Shown here piece by piece: positions 35,564 through 44,198 of a DNA stretch of 64,000 nt (positions within the stretch are counted from its first letter, which is position 1; each line of letters begins with the position of its first letter). The DNA lies in contig CAZGCA010000010.1 in NCBI GenBank assembly GCA_964524145.1, forward strand, positions 13,807 to 77,806, read 5' to 3'. The translations under genes were made by a program, and so were the position numbers. Under the pieces are notes generated by a model. The model ran no database searches and had not been told where the DNA came from. It was given only the letters and a program-made list of their open reading frames with translations. Source of the stretch: an uncultured bacterium (GTDB lineage Bacteria; Hydrogenedentota; CAZGCA01).

Positions 35564-37126
35564 TTGTGGCATGGTGGAGGTGCCGAGGTGCTTGCCCGGG
35601 TCTATTCCGCGGCGGTAATGGGCGTCCACGCGTACCAGGTGGACGTCGAAGTGGACACGTCACGCGGTCTGCCTTCGTTCTCGACCGTTGGTCTGCCAGA
35701 CGCTTCCGTCAAAGAGAGCAAGGACCGGGTGCGTGCGGCGATACGGAACTCGGGCTACTTCTTTCCCGGCGGCGTGATAACCGTCAACCTTGCCCCGGCT
35801 GACGTCAAGAAGGAGGGCCCGGTCCACGACCTGCCTATCGCGGTGGCGGTCGTCATGGCCACGGGCCAGTGCGGCGCGCAATCCGTCGACGAGTACGCCA
35901 TGGTCGGCGAGCTGTCGCTCGACGGCACCGTCCGGCCGGTCAACGGGGTGCTCTGCATGGCGATGGGAGCCAAGGAGGCCGGCCGTCGAGGCGTCATCGT
36001 CGCCGAGGAGAACGCTGCGGAAGCAGGCGTCGTCGACGGTTTCGACGTGATACCCGTCAAACACCTGCGCGATGCCGTCGGGTTCATCGAGGGTTCGGTC
36101 GAGATCGAGCCCGTCCGCGTGGATATCGCCGAGGTGTTCCGGGAAAGCGCCAGGTACAGGGTCGATTTCTCCGACGTGAAAGGCCAGGCGCACGTCAAAC
36201 GCGCGCTCACCGTCGCCGCCGCCGGAGGCCATAACCTGTTGATGGTGGGCCCGCCCGGTTCCGGCAAGACGATGCTTGCGCGCCGGTTGGCCTCGATCCT
36301 GCCCGATATGACGCTCGACGAAGCGCTCGACACCACCAAGGTACACAGCATCACCGGCCTTACGAGCGGGAAGAACTGGCTGGTTGCTACGAGACCGTTC
36401 CGGTCGCCGCACCACACGACGTCCGGCGCGGCAATGGCGGGCGGCGGCGTGCCGCCGAAACCCGGCGAGGTCAGCCTGGCGCACAACGGCGTGCTCTTTC
36501 TCGACGAGTTCCCGGAGTTTAAGCGCGACGTGCTCGAGGTGTTGCGCCAGCCTGTTGAGGACGGTATCGTCTACATATCACGGGCGAGCTACGCGGTCGC
36601 GTACCCGTCGCGGTTCATGCTCGTTGCGGCGATGAACCCGTGCGTATGCGGCCATCTCGGCGACCCGTACAAGGCGTGTTCCTGCACGCCGGGCCAGATC
36701 CACCGGTACCGGTCACGGATAAGCGGGCCGCTGCTGGACAGGATAGACCTGCACGTCGAGGTGCCGGCACTGAGCTACAAGGAGATGTCCGCACGAGGCC
36801 CTTCCGGCGACGAGTCTTCGACCATCCGCGCGCGGGTGCAGGCGGCACGCGAACGGCAACGCGCACGCTACAGCGACGACGATATCGCCCAAAACGCGGA
36901 CCTGCAGCCGGGCCAGCTCAGAAAATACTGCGTGCTGTCGCCCGAGGCCGAAGAGATGATCAAGACCGCCGTCACACGGCTCGGGCTCTCGGCTCGGGCA
37001 TACGACAAGATATTCAAAGTGTCGCGAACGATAGCCGACCTCGCCGACGAACCCGACATAGGCATCGAGCACGTCTCCGAAGCCATCCAGTACCGCTCGC
37101 TCGACCGCGAATCTGCCCTGGTCTGA
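35564..37126 (+). CDS. comM: YifB/ComM-family Mg-chelatase-like AAA+ ATPase
   Basis: LARVYSAAVMGVHAYQVDVEVD...GLPDASVKESKDRV (N-terminal Lon-like domain), Walker A MVGPPGSGKTM, VLFLDEFPEF, and a C-terminal ComM domain. The antisense ORFs 35660..36484 and 35755..36486 are spurious. Confidence 0.85.
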   Translation: MWHGGGAEVLARVYSAAVMGVHAYQVDVEVDTSRGLPSFSTVGLPDASVKESKDRVRAAIRNSGYFFPGGVITVNLAPADVKKEGPVHDLPIAVAVVMATGQCGAQSVDEYAMVGELSLDGTVRPVNGVLCMAMGAKEAGRRGVIVAEENAAEAGVVDGFDVIPVKHLRDAVGFIEGSVEIEPVRVDIAEVFRESARYRVDFSDVKGQAHVKRALTVAAAGGHNLLMVGPPGSGKTMLARRLASILPDMTLDEALDTTKVHSITGLTSGKNWLVATRPFRSPHHTTSGAAMAGGGVPPKPGEVSLAHNGVLFLDEFPEFKRDVLEVLRQPVEDGIVYISRASYAVAYPSRFMLVAAMNPCVCGHLGDPYKACSCTPGQIHRYRSRISGPLLDRIDLHVEVPALSYKEMSARGPSGDESSTIRARVQAARERQRARYSDDDIAQNADLQPGQLRKYCVLSPEAEEMIKTAVTRLGLSARAYDKIFKVSRTIADLADEPDIGIEHVSEAIQYRSLDRESALV

Positions 37127-37128
37127 CG
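36968..37128. repeat. Direct repeat copy 1: the authentic 3' end of comM
   Basis: About 160 bp that reappears at roughly 93 % identity at 38466..38629 (gccg[tc]c[at]cac[ga]cggctcgg[gc]c[tc]ctcggctcg[ga]gcatacgacaagatattcaaagtgtcgcgaacgatagccgacctcgccgacgaacc...cgaatctgccctggt[ct]tgacg). Confidence 0.85.
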
Positions 37129-37204
37129 ATGAACCTCACCCTATCCTGGGTAGGAATAGGAGAATGATAGCTGCCCCTTTTCCCCAGACAACAAGATTCA
37201 GCTG

Positions 37205-37233
37205 TTGACACCTTTCCGGAAAAGGAGTAGACT
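37205..37233 (+). promoter_or_regulatory. Sigma-70-like promoter candidate upstream of the DUF433 gene
   Basis: TTGACA (37205-37210), then 17 nt, then TAGACT (37228-37233). It is flanked by the inverted repeats gcccctttcccc and ggggaaaagg. Confidence 0.4.
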
Positions 37234-37339
37234 CGCAGATCAGAAAGGGGAAAAGGTGCCGTGATGGGGACGTTCATGGACAACCCTACAGGGGCGTCAT
37301 GAATCCTCAAGACAGCGACTATGTGGAGGTGAAGGTCTC

Positions 37340-38047
37340 GTGACACACCCAAAGACGACCACCCAAACCGATAGGCCAGAATTGGATACGCCCACGTACC
37401 CGGCTGCTGAGGCCGCACGGCTCGTGGACATAAGCGCCACGCGGGTGCGCCGGTGGCTGAAAGGATATCACTACTGGTACAGGGCTGGGGTGCGCCATCA
37501 GCGCCCCGTAATTCGTCGTAGAGGAACGGCTGGCACGAACTACGCCTCTTTCTTAGACTTGGTTGACTTGTTGTTCGTCAAGCGATTCCTGGATGAAAAG
37601 ATTAGTCTTCAGAAAGTGCGAAGAGCCCTAGATGAGGCCGCGCGGATCCTCGGCACAGACCACTTCGCGCGCCAGCGCTTCTTCACAGACGGAAGCGACA
37701 TCTATCTGCAAGTGAAGGAAGAGGGAGATGCGATTCTGCAGCTTCTTGCTGGCGGACAGTGGGTAATAGCCGAGATCATAAAACAGCTTGCCCAGCAAAT
37801 CGACTTTGACGAGCCCACTGGCCTTGCCCGTCGCTGGTATCCGTTGGGCCGTGAAGGTCTAATTGTGCTGGACCCCCTCATCTCCTTCGGGCGTCCTTCG
37901 ATCATTGGGAGGGGGGTCGCAACTGCAAATGTCTACGACCTTTTCATTGCCGAGGCACTAAGGTCAGACCGAGTCTGCACTTGGATGGACCTCAGCCCCA
38001 AAGAACTAGACGCGGCAGTCCGGTTCGAACAACAGCTGGCAGCGTGA
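37340..38047 (+). CDS. DUF433-domain protein (putative antitoxin) with a long N-terminal extension
   Basis: The C-terminal SFGRPSIIGRGVATANVYDLFIAEALRSDRVCTWMDLSPKELDAAVRFEQQL fits DUF433 (RP.I.GTRI.V.DV...L..G.S.EEI...YP.LT.E.I.AAL). GTG start at 37340. At 235 aa it is far longer than typical roughly 80-aa DUF433 proteins. Confidence 0.5.
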   Translation: MTHPKTTTQTDRPELDTPTYPAAEAARLVDISATRVRRWLKGYHYWYRAGVRHQRPVIRRRGTAGTNYASFLDLVDLLFVKRFLDEKISLQKVRRALDEAARILGTDHFARQRFFTDGSDIYLQVKEEGDAILQLLAGGQWVIAEIIKQLAQQIDFDEPTGLARRWYPLGREGLIVLDPLISFGRPSIIGRGVATANVYDLFIAEALRSDRVCTWMDLSPKELDAAVRFEQQLAA

Positions 38048-38427
38048 AATTCTTCATTGACAACAATCTAAGCCAGCAGCTTGCCAACGGGATGAAGGCG
38101 TTTGGAGAGCCTGTCGAACATCTCAAGGAAAAATTTCCCGAGAACACAGACGACCTAGTTTGGCTCAAGTATGTAGGGCAGCAGAAGATATTCCTTGTGA
38201 CACGGGACGACCGCATGCGACATAACCAAATGGAGCTTCAGTCCCTTAAGAAACACAAGGTAGGCGCGTTCTTTCTCGGCGGGAAGAACCTGAACCGTTG
38301 CCGGTTGATTCAACAGTTGGTTAGAAACTGGCCCCGAATGAAGGACTACGCCAAAAAGGAAAGGCGACCGTTCGCCTTTCGTGTCCCGCCAACAGGGACG
38401 AAATTCATGCGGATTTCTCTGAGATGA
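38044..38427 (+). CDS. DUF5615-like (Mut7-C/PIN-like putative toxin) protein, partner of DUF433
   Basis: VKFFIDNNLSQQLANGMKAFGEPVEHL...DDLVWLKYVGQQKIFLVTRDDRM matches the DUF5615 pattern (MKFL.DENLP..L...L...GHDV.HV...DEEI...A...GRVLVTKDKDF). The GTG start overlaps the upstream stop (GTGA). Confidence 0.5.
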   Translation: MKFFIDNNLSQQLANGMKAFGEPVEHLKEKFPENTDDLVWLKYVGQQKIFLVTRDDRMRHNQMELQSLKKHKVGAFFLGGKNLNRCRLIQQLVRNWPRMKDYAKKERRPFAFRVPPTGTKFMRISLR

Positions 38428-38465
38428 GAACGGCCAACGTCTTGTAGCCAACTCAGGCCATCTGT

Positions 38466-38629
38466 GCCGCCCTCACCCGGCTCGGCCTCTCGGCTCGAGC
38501 ATACGACAAGATATTCAAAGTGTCGCGAACGATAGCCGACCTCGCCGACGAACCGGACATAGGGACCGAGCACGTCTCCGAAGCCATCCAGTATCGCTCT
38601 CTCGACCGCGAATCTGCCCTGGTTTGACG
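38466..38629. repeat. Direct repeat copy 2: the displaced duplicate of the comM 3' end
   Basis: See 36968..37128. The copy is out of any long ORF context. Confidence 0.85.
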
Positions 38630-38781
38630 TCCAATTGGGCGATAGTCAAGGCATCTTCGGGCAAGAAAAGCGGCCTTCGCCAATTCCTTCGGAACTCAGA
38701 AATCGCGTTCTTGTCCCCCTCTTGCTCCGCATATGTCAAGAGCCGAATCTAGGAGCAGCGAGGGCGGCGCAACGTCTTATG

Positions 38782-39048
38782 CTAGTTAAGGCTAATGACG
38801 CCGATTCTTGCGCGAACAGAACCGGCTAGGCCGTCCAAGTCCACGACTACGTGCCACCGGCCACCATGAGGGGCAGCGACCCGACACGGCGAGACCTTCG
38901 TCCATCCGCCATAAAAGCGAAAACGTCGTCCAGACCGGTAGTTCGAGTAGTTGCCTTGATCCATGAGCATCACTCGTGCCTGCCTGTCGAGCGTGACCTC
39001 GATCGCATCGTTATTGCCTAAGGTCAACGTTGAATGGATGTACTGCAT
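38782..39048 (-). CDS. DUF1883-like small protein
   Basis: MQYIHSTLTLGNNDAIEVTLDRQARVMLMDQGNYSNYRSGRRFRFYGGWTKVSP...GGRWHVVVDLDG follows the DUF1883 pattern. Confidence 0.45.
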   Translation of the reverse strand: MQYIHSTLTLGNNDAIEVTLDRQARVMLMDQGNYSNYRSGRRFRFYGGWTKVSPCRVAAPHGGRWHVVVDLDGLAGSVRARIGVISLN

Positions 39049-39346
39049 GATTCTCTCCTTTGAGTCTGGGCAGCCTGTATCTACCAGTGTCTACTGTGTA
39101 GTATCGCGGATGAGGTGCCGAGCCGAGCGCCCAGTTTACCGACCAGCACTCTCATCGTTCGTCAACCGCATTTGGGGCTTCAAGCGCTTGTGTGGCCGCA
39201 CGCGAACAGTCTTGGGACCTGGCTTACCAGGACCGTAACATCTGGGACCCGGTTTCGACCGGCGGTGCCGTCGAACTCGCAAGCTCTCGAGCCCGAGCCC
39301 ACGTGACCGTCCACATTCTCTACTCATATCATACGCCCTCCCGTGT

Positions 39347-39502
39347 CTATCTGACCGGAATGCGCCAAGCGCGTAGGCCGTAGTCTCGCGCCCACAACTT
39401 CTCGCCCGTCTTTGGGTGACGCCGCCAAGCCCTATAGACGTACTTGGCATTCTTGCCGTTAGCACGGGCATTGTGCATGTGTCTTCTTACTGACTCTTTC
39501 AT
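39347..39502 (-). CDS. Small basic protein (51 aa) with a strong Shine-Dalgarno site; unknown function
   Basis: Not in the ORF track (below 60 aa). Reverse-strand translation gives MKESVRRHMHNARANGKNAKYVYRAWRRHPKTGEKLWARDYGLRAWRIPVR. AAGGAGTGA lies 5 nt upstream of the ATG. Confidence 0.3.
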   Translation of the reverse strand: MKESVRRHMHNARANGKNAKYVYRAWRRHPKTGEKLWARDYGLRAWRIPVR

Positions 39503-39632
39503 CGCTATCACTCCTTTCTACTTGAAAGAATACGTATATGATGCTACCCTTATATGCCGATGACGGATCAGAATTTGCCGTTGGTCTCATGATCTTGGTT
39601 AATGGCAAATTACCCTACTCGACAGGCATATA

Positions 39633-40295
39633 ATGTGGGCGGACTTCTTGCAAGGTAGGGCACGTTGGTGGAATCGAAACATGGATGAGAACCTCGCTGA
39701 AAAAGTCAGGCAAGAGTTGACAAACGAGGTCTATAGCAAGTTGATCGTCTTCGCTACGAGACTGGCAAAAAGATACGTGTGGCGCGGTGGAGACTTATCT
39801 GCCTGTGAGCCCGGCGATATAGCACTGCCTCAAGGCAACAGTGTGAGAGGTATCGTGTCGAATGCTATCATAAAGGTCATGGAGGGACGAAATAAGTGGG
39901 ACCCCCAACGGGTAAAGCTGACAACGTGCTTGATGTACAACATCCGTCGTGATATTTGCCACCTATACGAGAAGAAGGCAGCCCAACATGAACGCCAAGC
40001 CGTGGCTATGCCGGATACTTTCGTCGACGGAAGCACTGAGCCTGGGCGATATCGCCCGGCCCTACCTTCTGATCCACGTGCGCTTGCTGTGGAGAACGAA
40101 CTTCTTGAAGACATCTACTGCAGTCTTGATGGTGAGGATGACCTGATCGCGGTTTTCGAAAGGATGCTCGAAGGTAAGTCGCGAAAAGAAGTCGCTACGG
40201 AATTGCATCTCACACCAGACGAAATCACCAACACACGTAAGCGCCTTAGCAAGCGGCTAGAAGCTGTTTACAGGCGACACTGCGATGAACAGTGA
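39633..40295 (+). CDS. Sigma-70 region-4-like HTH protein (ECF-sigma-like regulator) in an accessory segment
   Basis: The C-terminal LEGKSRKEVATELHLTPDEITNTRKRLSKRLEAV is a sigma region 4 / LuxR-like HTH. The N-terminal region is loosely region-2-like. Confidence 0.4.
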   Translation: MWADFLQGRARWWNRNMDENLAEKVRQELTNEVYSKLIVFATRLAKRYVWRGGDLSACEPGDIALPQGNSVRGIVSNAIIKVMEGRNKWDPQRVKLTTCLMYNIRRDICHLYEKKAAQHERQAVAMPDTFVDGSTEPGRYRPALPSDPRALAVENELLEDIYCSLDGEDDLIAVFERMLEGKSRKEVATELHLTPDEITNTRKRLSKRLEAVYRRHCDEQ

Positions 40296-40741
40296 GCCTA
40301 CGGGTTTGGAAAGGGGCCATTGATATGTGCCACAGGGAAAATCGAAGAAGTCAGTTCGAGACCTTCTTGGATTTCGTTTTTGGCGATCCCGACGAGGTCG
40401 ATTCCATGTCCTCCGAGGAGTTGCGTGACGAGATCGCGTTGTGCGGTGGAGACATGGACAAGATTGTCGAATTGGTGCAGACAGATGTGCACAATGCAAT
40501 GGGGAGAAACCGCAGAGAAGAGGCTCGGAACATTTACCAAGAGTACAGAGAAAGGATCAAAGAGTTGCCAGAAGCAATACGGGGGAAGGTTGACCGTGTC
40601 TTGCGTAGAGATCCTCGATTGGCCCCCGTGATGATGCGGAAATTTGAGGGGGTCAGTGCAGAAGATCTTGCCAGTATGGAAGAGGATCTCGCCCTGCTCG
40701 ATCACCTAGATGAGTCGGATCATGAAGACGAAGCCTCGTGA
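40292..40741 (+). CDS. Hypothetical acidic protein
   Basis: The ORF has only a 4-nt overlap with the upstream gene. It is rich in charged residues. No recognised motif. Confidence 0.3.
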   Translation: MSLRVWKGAIDMCHRENRRSQFETFLDFVFGDPDEVDSMSSEELRDEIALCGGDMDKIVELVQTDVHNAMGRNRREEARNIYQEYRERIKELPEAIRGKVDRVLRRDPRLAPVMMRKFEGVSAEDLASMEEDLALLDHLDESDHEDEAS

Positions 40742-41522
40742 GACGCTGGCAAGAGCAAAGGCTCGAGAAATCCTCAACTACTTCTGTGTAGGCGACGCCA
40801 GCGAGATAAGCGTCCGTCATTTCGCTGCCCATCGCGGCGCTGTTGTGTTGGAGTCACCCCTCGCATGCGCTGAAGCTCGGCTCGTACATAAGAATGGGGC
40901 AAGAGCAGTCATTCGCGTGAGTAATGACATCCCGCAACAGGGGCGAAAGCGCTTCGCTGTCGCCCACGAGCTGGGTCACTGGGAGCTTCACCGGAGTGAA
41001 TCACAATTTGATCTATTTACTGGCAAAGATGCCGTCTATTCCTACGGCAAGAGCACCCTTGAGATTGAGGCCAACGTTTTTGCGAGCGAGCTTCTGATGC
41101 CTGAGTCGTTGTTTAGGCCCAGGTGTGATAGGTCCGATCCTTCGATACAGGTCATTTCGAATCTTTCACAGGAATTCACGACCACTTTGACTGCGACGGC
41201 AGTGAGATACGTGGATTCGTGTAGTGAATGTTGCGCTGCCGTCTTCTCAAAGGACGGAAAAGTGACATGGTTTCGGTGCCGAAAAGAATGGGGGCTTTGG
41301 ATTCGGGCTGGCACACGAATAGGCCCAAACACATATGCAAGGGATTGTTTCGTTGGCAGCCGTGTCCCCACGACAATGGAGCGTGTCCCCCTTGAGTCTT
41401 GGTTTCCAGAGCGCGTTGATCTCGGGCGACAACCGTTGCTCGAGACATCGATGGTTTTGGGACTTTACGGAACGGTGTTGACCCTGCTTTGGATAAAGGG
41501 AGGTATTGATCCCAGGCAATGA
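40722..41522 (+). CDS. ImmA/IrrE-family metallopeptidase (DUF955-type, mobile-element regulatory protease)
   Basis: HEXXH AVAHELGHWELH and EIEANVFASELLMPESLF. Confidence 0.6.
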   Translation: MKTKPRETLARAKAREILNYFCVGDASEISVRHFAAHRGAVVLESPLACAEARLVHKNGARAVIRVSNDIPQQGRKRFAVAHELGHWELHRSESQFDLFTGKDAVYSYGKSTLEIEANVFASELLMPESLFRPRCDRSDPSIQVISNLSQEFTTTLTATAVRYVDSCSECCAAVFSKDGKVTWFRCRKEWGLWIRAGTRIGPNTYARDCFVGSRVPTTMERVPLESWFPERVDLGRQPLLETSMVLGLYGTVLTLLWIKGGIDPRQ

Positions 41523-41663
41523 TGGGCACGCGCGTGTTTGTCCCCTCTGACCGGCGGTTGCTCAAATCTGTGATCCACAGTCGTAGCCTTGCAGGCTTAG
41601 TTGGTTTGGCGATTCGACGACGAAAGCCGCGGACTGCGCTCGCTAATCTCCGGTCTGGAGTCA

Positions 41664-41820
41664 GCGGTCAGTTGCTAGTGGCCAGCTGCTGGTGGCAGAG
41701 GGCTGGCTTCGTCCGTGCTCGTAATCGTGCGCTCGGCTTGTTCTCTGTCCGCAGATTAACGCAGATAGACGCAGACTTGGCAGTAGTCAGTGGTCAGTTG
41801 GTGGTTGTCGGTAGTCAGGC
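41664..41820. repeat. About 160-bp direct repeat, copy 1, flanking the hicBA module
   Basis: gtcagttgctagtgg...cttcgtccgtgctcgtaatcgtgcgc...gtccgcagattaacgcagatagacgcagacttggcagtagtcagtggtcagttgg is repeated with small indels at 42504..42662. Confidence 0.8.
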
Positions 41821-41933
41821 CGGGGCCATGGGTTCTTGCCCTCGTGGGACGAGGATCTCAGGCCGGACTCCCGGTGTCATCGCGGGCGACGGCGGAACAG
41901 TGTTCACGGATAGCGCTCGGATGTCCGCCGTTT

Positions 41934-42179
41934 TCATGACTGCTTTCTCTTGTAAGCCTCCAAGAATTCATCTCTCGGGATACGGGCCTGACTACAGATC
42001 GTTCTCAGAGTGGAAGCCTTGATCTTCGAATGATTAGGCATTGTCAATGGGGTTGTGTTGCCGTCGGCATTCTCGCGCACCATAGAAACGTGTTCTTTTT
42101 CGCGTACCATTCGAAAGCCCAAGTTCTCCAGCGCCTTAATCACTCTCCGTTTTGGCGCATCAACAGGGAACTTCGTCAT
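41934..42179 (-). CDS. hicA: HicA-family toxin (YcfA-like mRNA interferase)
   Basis: ALENLGFRMVREKEHVSMVRENADGNTTPLTMPNHSKIKASTLRTICSQARIPRDEF fits the HicA pattern (GSHH.F......TVP.H.KDL..GTL..IL.QAG). Confidence 0.65.
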   Translation of the reverse strand: MTKFPVDAPKRRVIKALENLGFRMVREKEHVSMVRENADGNTTPLTMPNHSKIKASTLRTICSQARIPRDEFLEAYKRKQS

Positions 42180-42403
42180 CAGTCTTCTATTCCAGCTTCA
42201 GCAACAAACGCCTCGAGGATTGGCGGCTCCACATCCAGCACCGCCTCCCCAAAGCTCTCTATGTGAAAGCGTATTGCTGATTTCACATCCGAGAGGGCTT
42301 CCTCATAGGTGTCTCCCTGACCCACCACAACACCTTTGAGCCCCAAAGGATACGCTACGCATCCATCAGGATGTTTCTCGACGATGATCTTGAACTGTCT
42401 CAT
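42179..42403 (-). CDS. hicB: HicB-family antitoxin (UPF0150 fold)
   Basis: MRQFKIIVEKHPDGCVAYPLGLKGVVVGQGDTYEEALSDVKSAIRFHIE (compare YKIVIEKDEDGGYVA..PELPGC.TQGDTLEEAL.N.KEAI). Its stop abuts the hicA start. Confidence 0.65.
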   Translation of the reverse strand: MRQFKIIVEKHPDGCVAYPLGLKGVVVGQGDTYEEALSDVKSAIRFHIESFGEAVLDVEPPILEAFVAEAGIED

Positions 42404-42503
42404 TGGCCTTCCTTTCTGCCGACACATTGTCCATCCAAATAGGATGATAACGTTCCGCTGTGTGCGCTGTCAAACAGAAATGCGGTAGACGGGGCGGAAA
42501 GCA

Positions 42504-42662
42504 GCAGTCAGTTGCTCGTGGCGGAGGGTTGGGTTCGTCCGTGCTCGTGCTCGTAATCGTTATCGTGCGCCCGGGTCGGGTTCTGTCCACAGATTAACGC
42601 AGATAGACGCAGATTCGGTAGTAGTCAGTAGTCAGTTGCTAGTTGTCAGTTGCTGGTGGCGG
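42504..42662. repeat. About 160-bp direct repeat, copy 2, flanking the hicBA module
   Basis: See 41664..41820. Confidence 0.8.
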
Positions 42663-42715
42663 GGGGCGGGGTTCATTCGTGTTCGAGCCCTTGCCCCCCG
42701 TTTTCGCAGCGAACG

Positions 42716-43927
42716 TTACCGGCGGCCCAACAGGCTGCGCGGGCGGCGGGTTCTGGTTCGGCCTTTCGTGACGGACCGGTGCCCGGCAGGATGGTAGAGC
42801 GACAGCACCGGTACGGCACCTTCCCATTCGTGGCGCGGCAGGTTCTTGCCCAACGCTTTCTCAATGGCGCTCAATGCCATGTACTCGTTCGGGCACACGA
42901 ACGTTATCGCGTCACCTTTTGCGCTGGCGCGTGCGGTCCGGCCGATACGGTGAATGTAGTCGTCGGAAGTCTTGGGGATATCGAAATTGACCACGTGAGA
43001 GATGCCCTCGACGTCAAGGCCGCGTGCCGCGACATCGGTAGCCACCAGGATCTTGTAACGTCCGTCCCGAAACCCGTCGAGCGCCTGCTGACGTTGGTGT
43101 TGCGTGCGGTCTCCATGGATGGCCTGGACCTTGAACCCTTCCTTGCGCAACGATTTGGCGAGACTGGCAGTGCGCCGTTTCGTGCGCAGAAAAACCAGCG
43201 CGGACCGGACGTGCGGCTCGCGCAGAATCTTCGCGAGAAGCCTCTGCTTCCGCGTCTGATCCACCGTGTAAATCCCCTGCTGTACGGTCTCGACAGGCGC
43301 GGCGACAGCGCCCACTTCTATGCGAAGCGGGTTGCGTTGCATGTCGGCGGCCAACCGGCTGATACTGTGTGGGAACGTCGCGGAGCACATCAACGTCTGG
43401 CGGTTCTTGGGAAGCGTTTTCAGAATGCGCCTGATATCGGGCAGGAACCCCATGTCAAGCATCCGGTCCGCCTCATCCAGCACGAGTATCGACAGGTTGT
43501 TGAACCGGACGTTGCCGCGCGTGATATGGTCGAGCAACCGCCCGGGTGTGGCCACAACGATCGCGCTCCCTCGTTTCAAGGCCCGGGACTGCGGTTCGAT
43601 ACCGACCCCGCCATAGACGCACGTGGTACGAAGTCCGACCGCTCTTCCAAATGGTTCGATGACCGCGTGCACCTGCTGGGCCAGTTCGCGCGTGGGCGTG
43701 ACCACGAGCATGCTGTTGCGTCCCGACCGCTGGGCCCCGAGACGTGTCAGCGACGGCAACGCAAAGGCAAGCGTCTTGCCCGTGCCCGTTTGCGCAACGG
43801 CTGTCACGTCCCGACCCTCGAGCGCCGGCGGTATTGCCTGCGCCTGAACGGGCGTCGGTTCCGAGATCCGCTGGGTCTTCAGCACGCTGAGACACCGCGG
43901 ATCTATTTTGAATTGTTCAAAGGACAT
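42716..43927 (-). CDS. DEAD-box ATP-dependent RNA helicase
   Basis: Start at the internal ATG 43927 (MSFEQFKID). Motifs AQTGTGKT, PTRELA, VLDEADRMLDMGF, SAT and HRIGRTARA are present. The plus-strand ORFs 42650..44086 and others are antisense artifacts. Confidence 0.85.
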   Translation of the reverse strand: MSFEQFKIDPRCLSVLKTQRISEPTPVQAQAIPPALEGRDVTAVAQTGTGKTLAFALPSLTRLGAQRSGRNSMLVVTPTRELAQQVHAVIEPFGRAVGLRTTCVYGGVGIEPQSRALKRGSAIVVATPGRLLDHITRGNVRFNNLSILVLDEADRMLDMGFLPDIRRILKTLPKNRQTLMCSATFPHSISRLAADMQRNPLRIEVGAVAAPVETVQQGIYTVDQTRKQRLLAKILREPHVRSALVFLRTKRRTASLAKSLRKEGFKVQAIHGDRTQHQRQQALDGFRDGRYKILVATDVAARGLDVEGISHVVNFDIPKTSDDYIHRIGRTARASAKGDAITFVCPNEYMALSAIEKALGKNLPRHEWEGAVPVLSLYHPAGHRSVTKGRTRTRRPRSLLGRR

Positions 43928-44198
43928 CGTTATTTCCCTTTCGTTTTGCCGGTCAACACCGGTCAATGGCTGATTCTGCCTACGCAGCACCGGCAAAGTG
44001 GGAAACAACACACATGTGGGTACCCAGTCTTGAAGGTGAGGACAGTGTGGAATGCAGGACTACCTAGAGTCCGTCTGCTTACCTAACCAGCTTCTCTTTC
44101 TTTTCTTTGGTGTCATTATACCCGGTGGCCGCCCAAAAGTCAAGTGGCGTTTTGCGCCTCTTGAGATTGCCGGGGATCGTGTCCTGTCGACCGCACGA

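Noticed and set aside
39136-39471. 111-aa minus-strand ORF overlapping the small basic ORF
   Set aside because: The product is a low-complexity Arg/Gly/Pro-rich sequence with no start context. The 51-aa ORF in another frame has a strong RBS and a plausible sequence.
41519-42022. 167-aa plus-strand ORF spanning repeat R1
   Set aside because: It is an Ala/Gly/Arg-rich translation of the repeat and GC-rich spacer, it overlaps hicA on the opposite strand, and it has no motifs.
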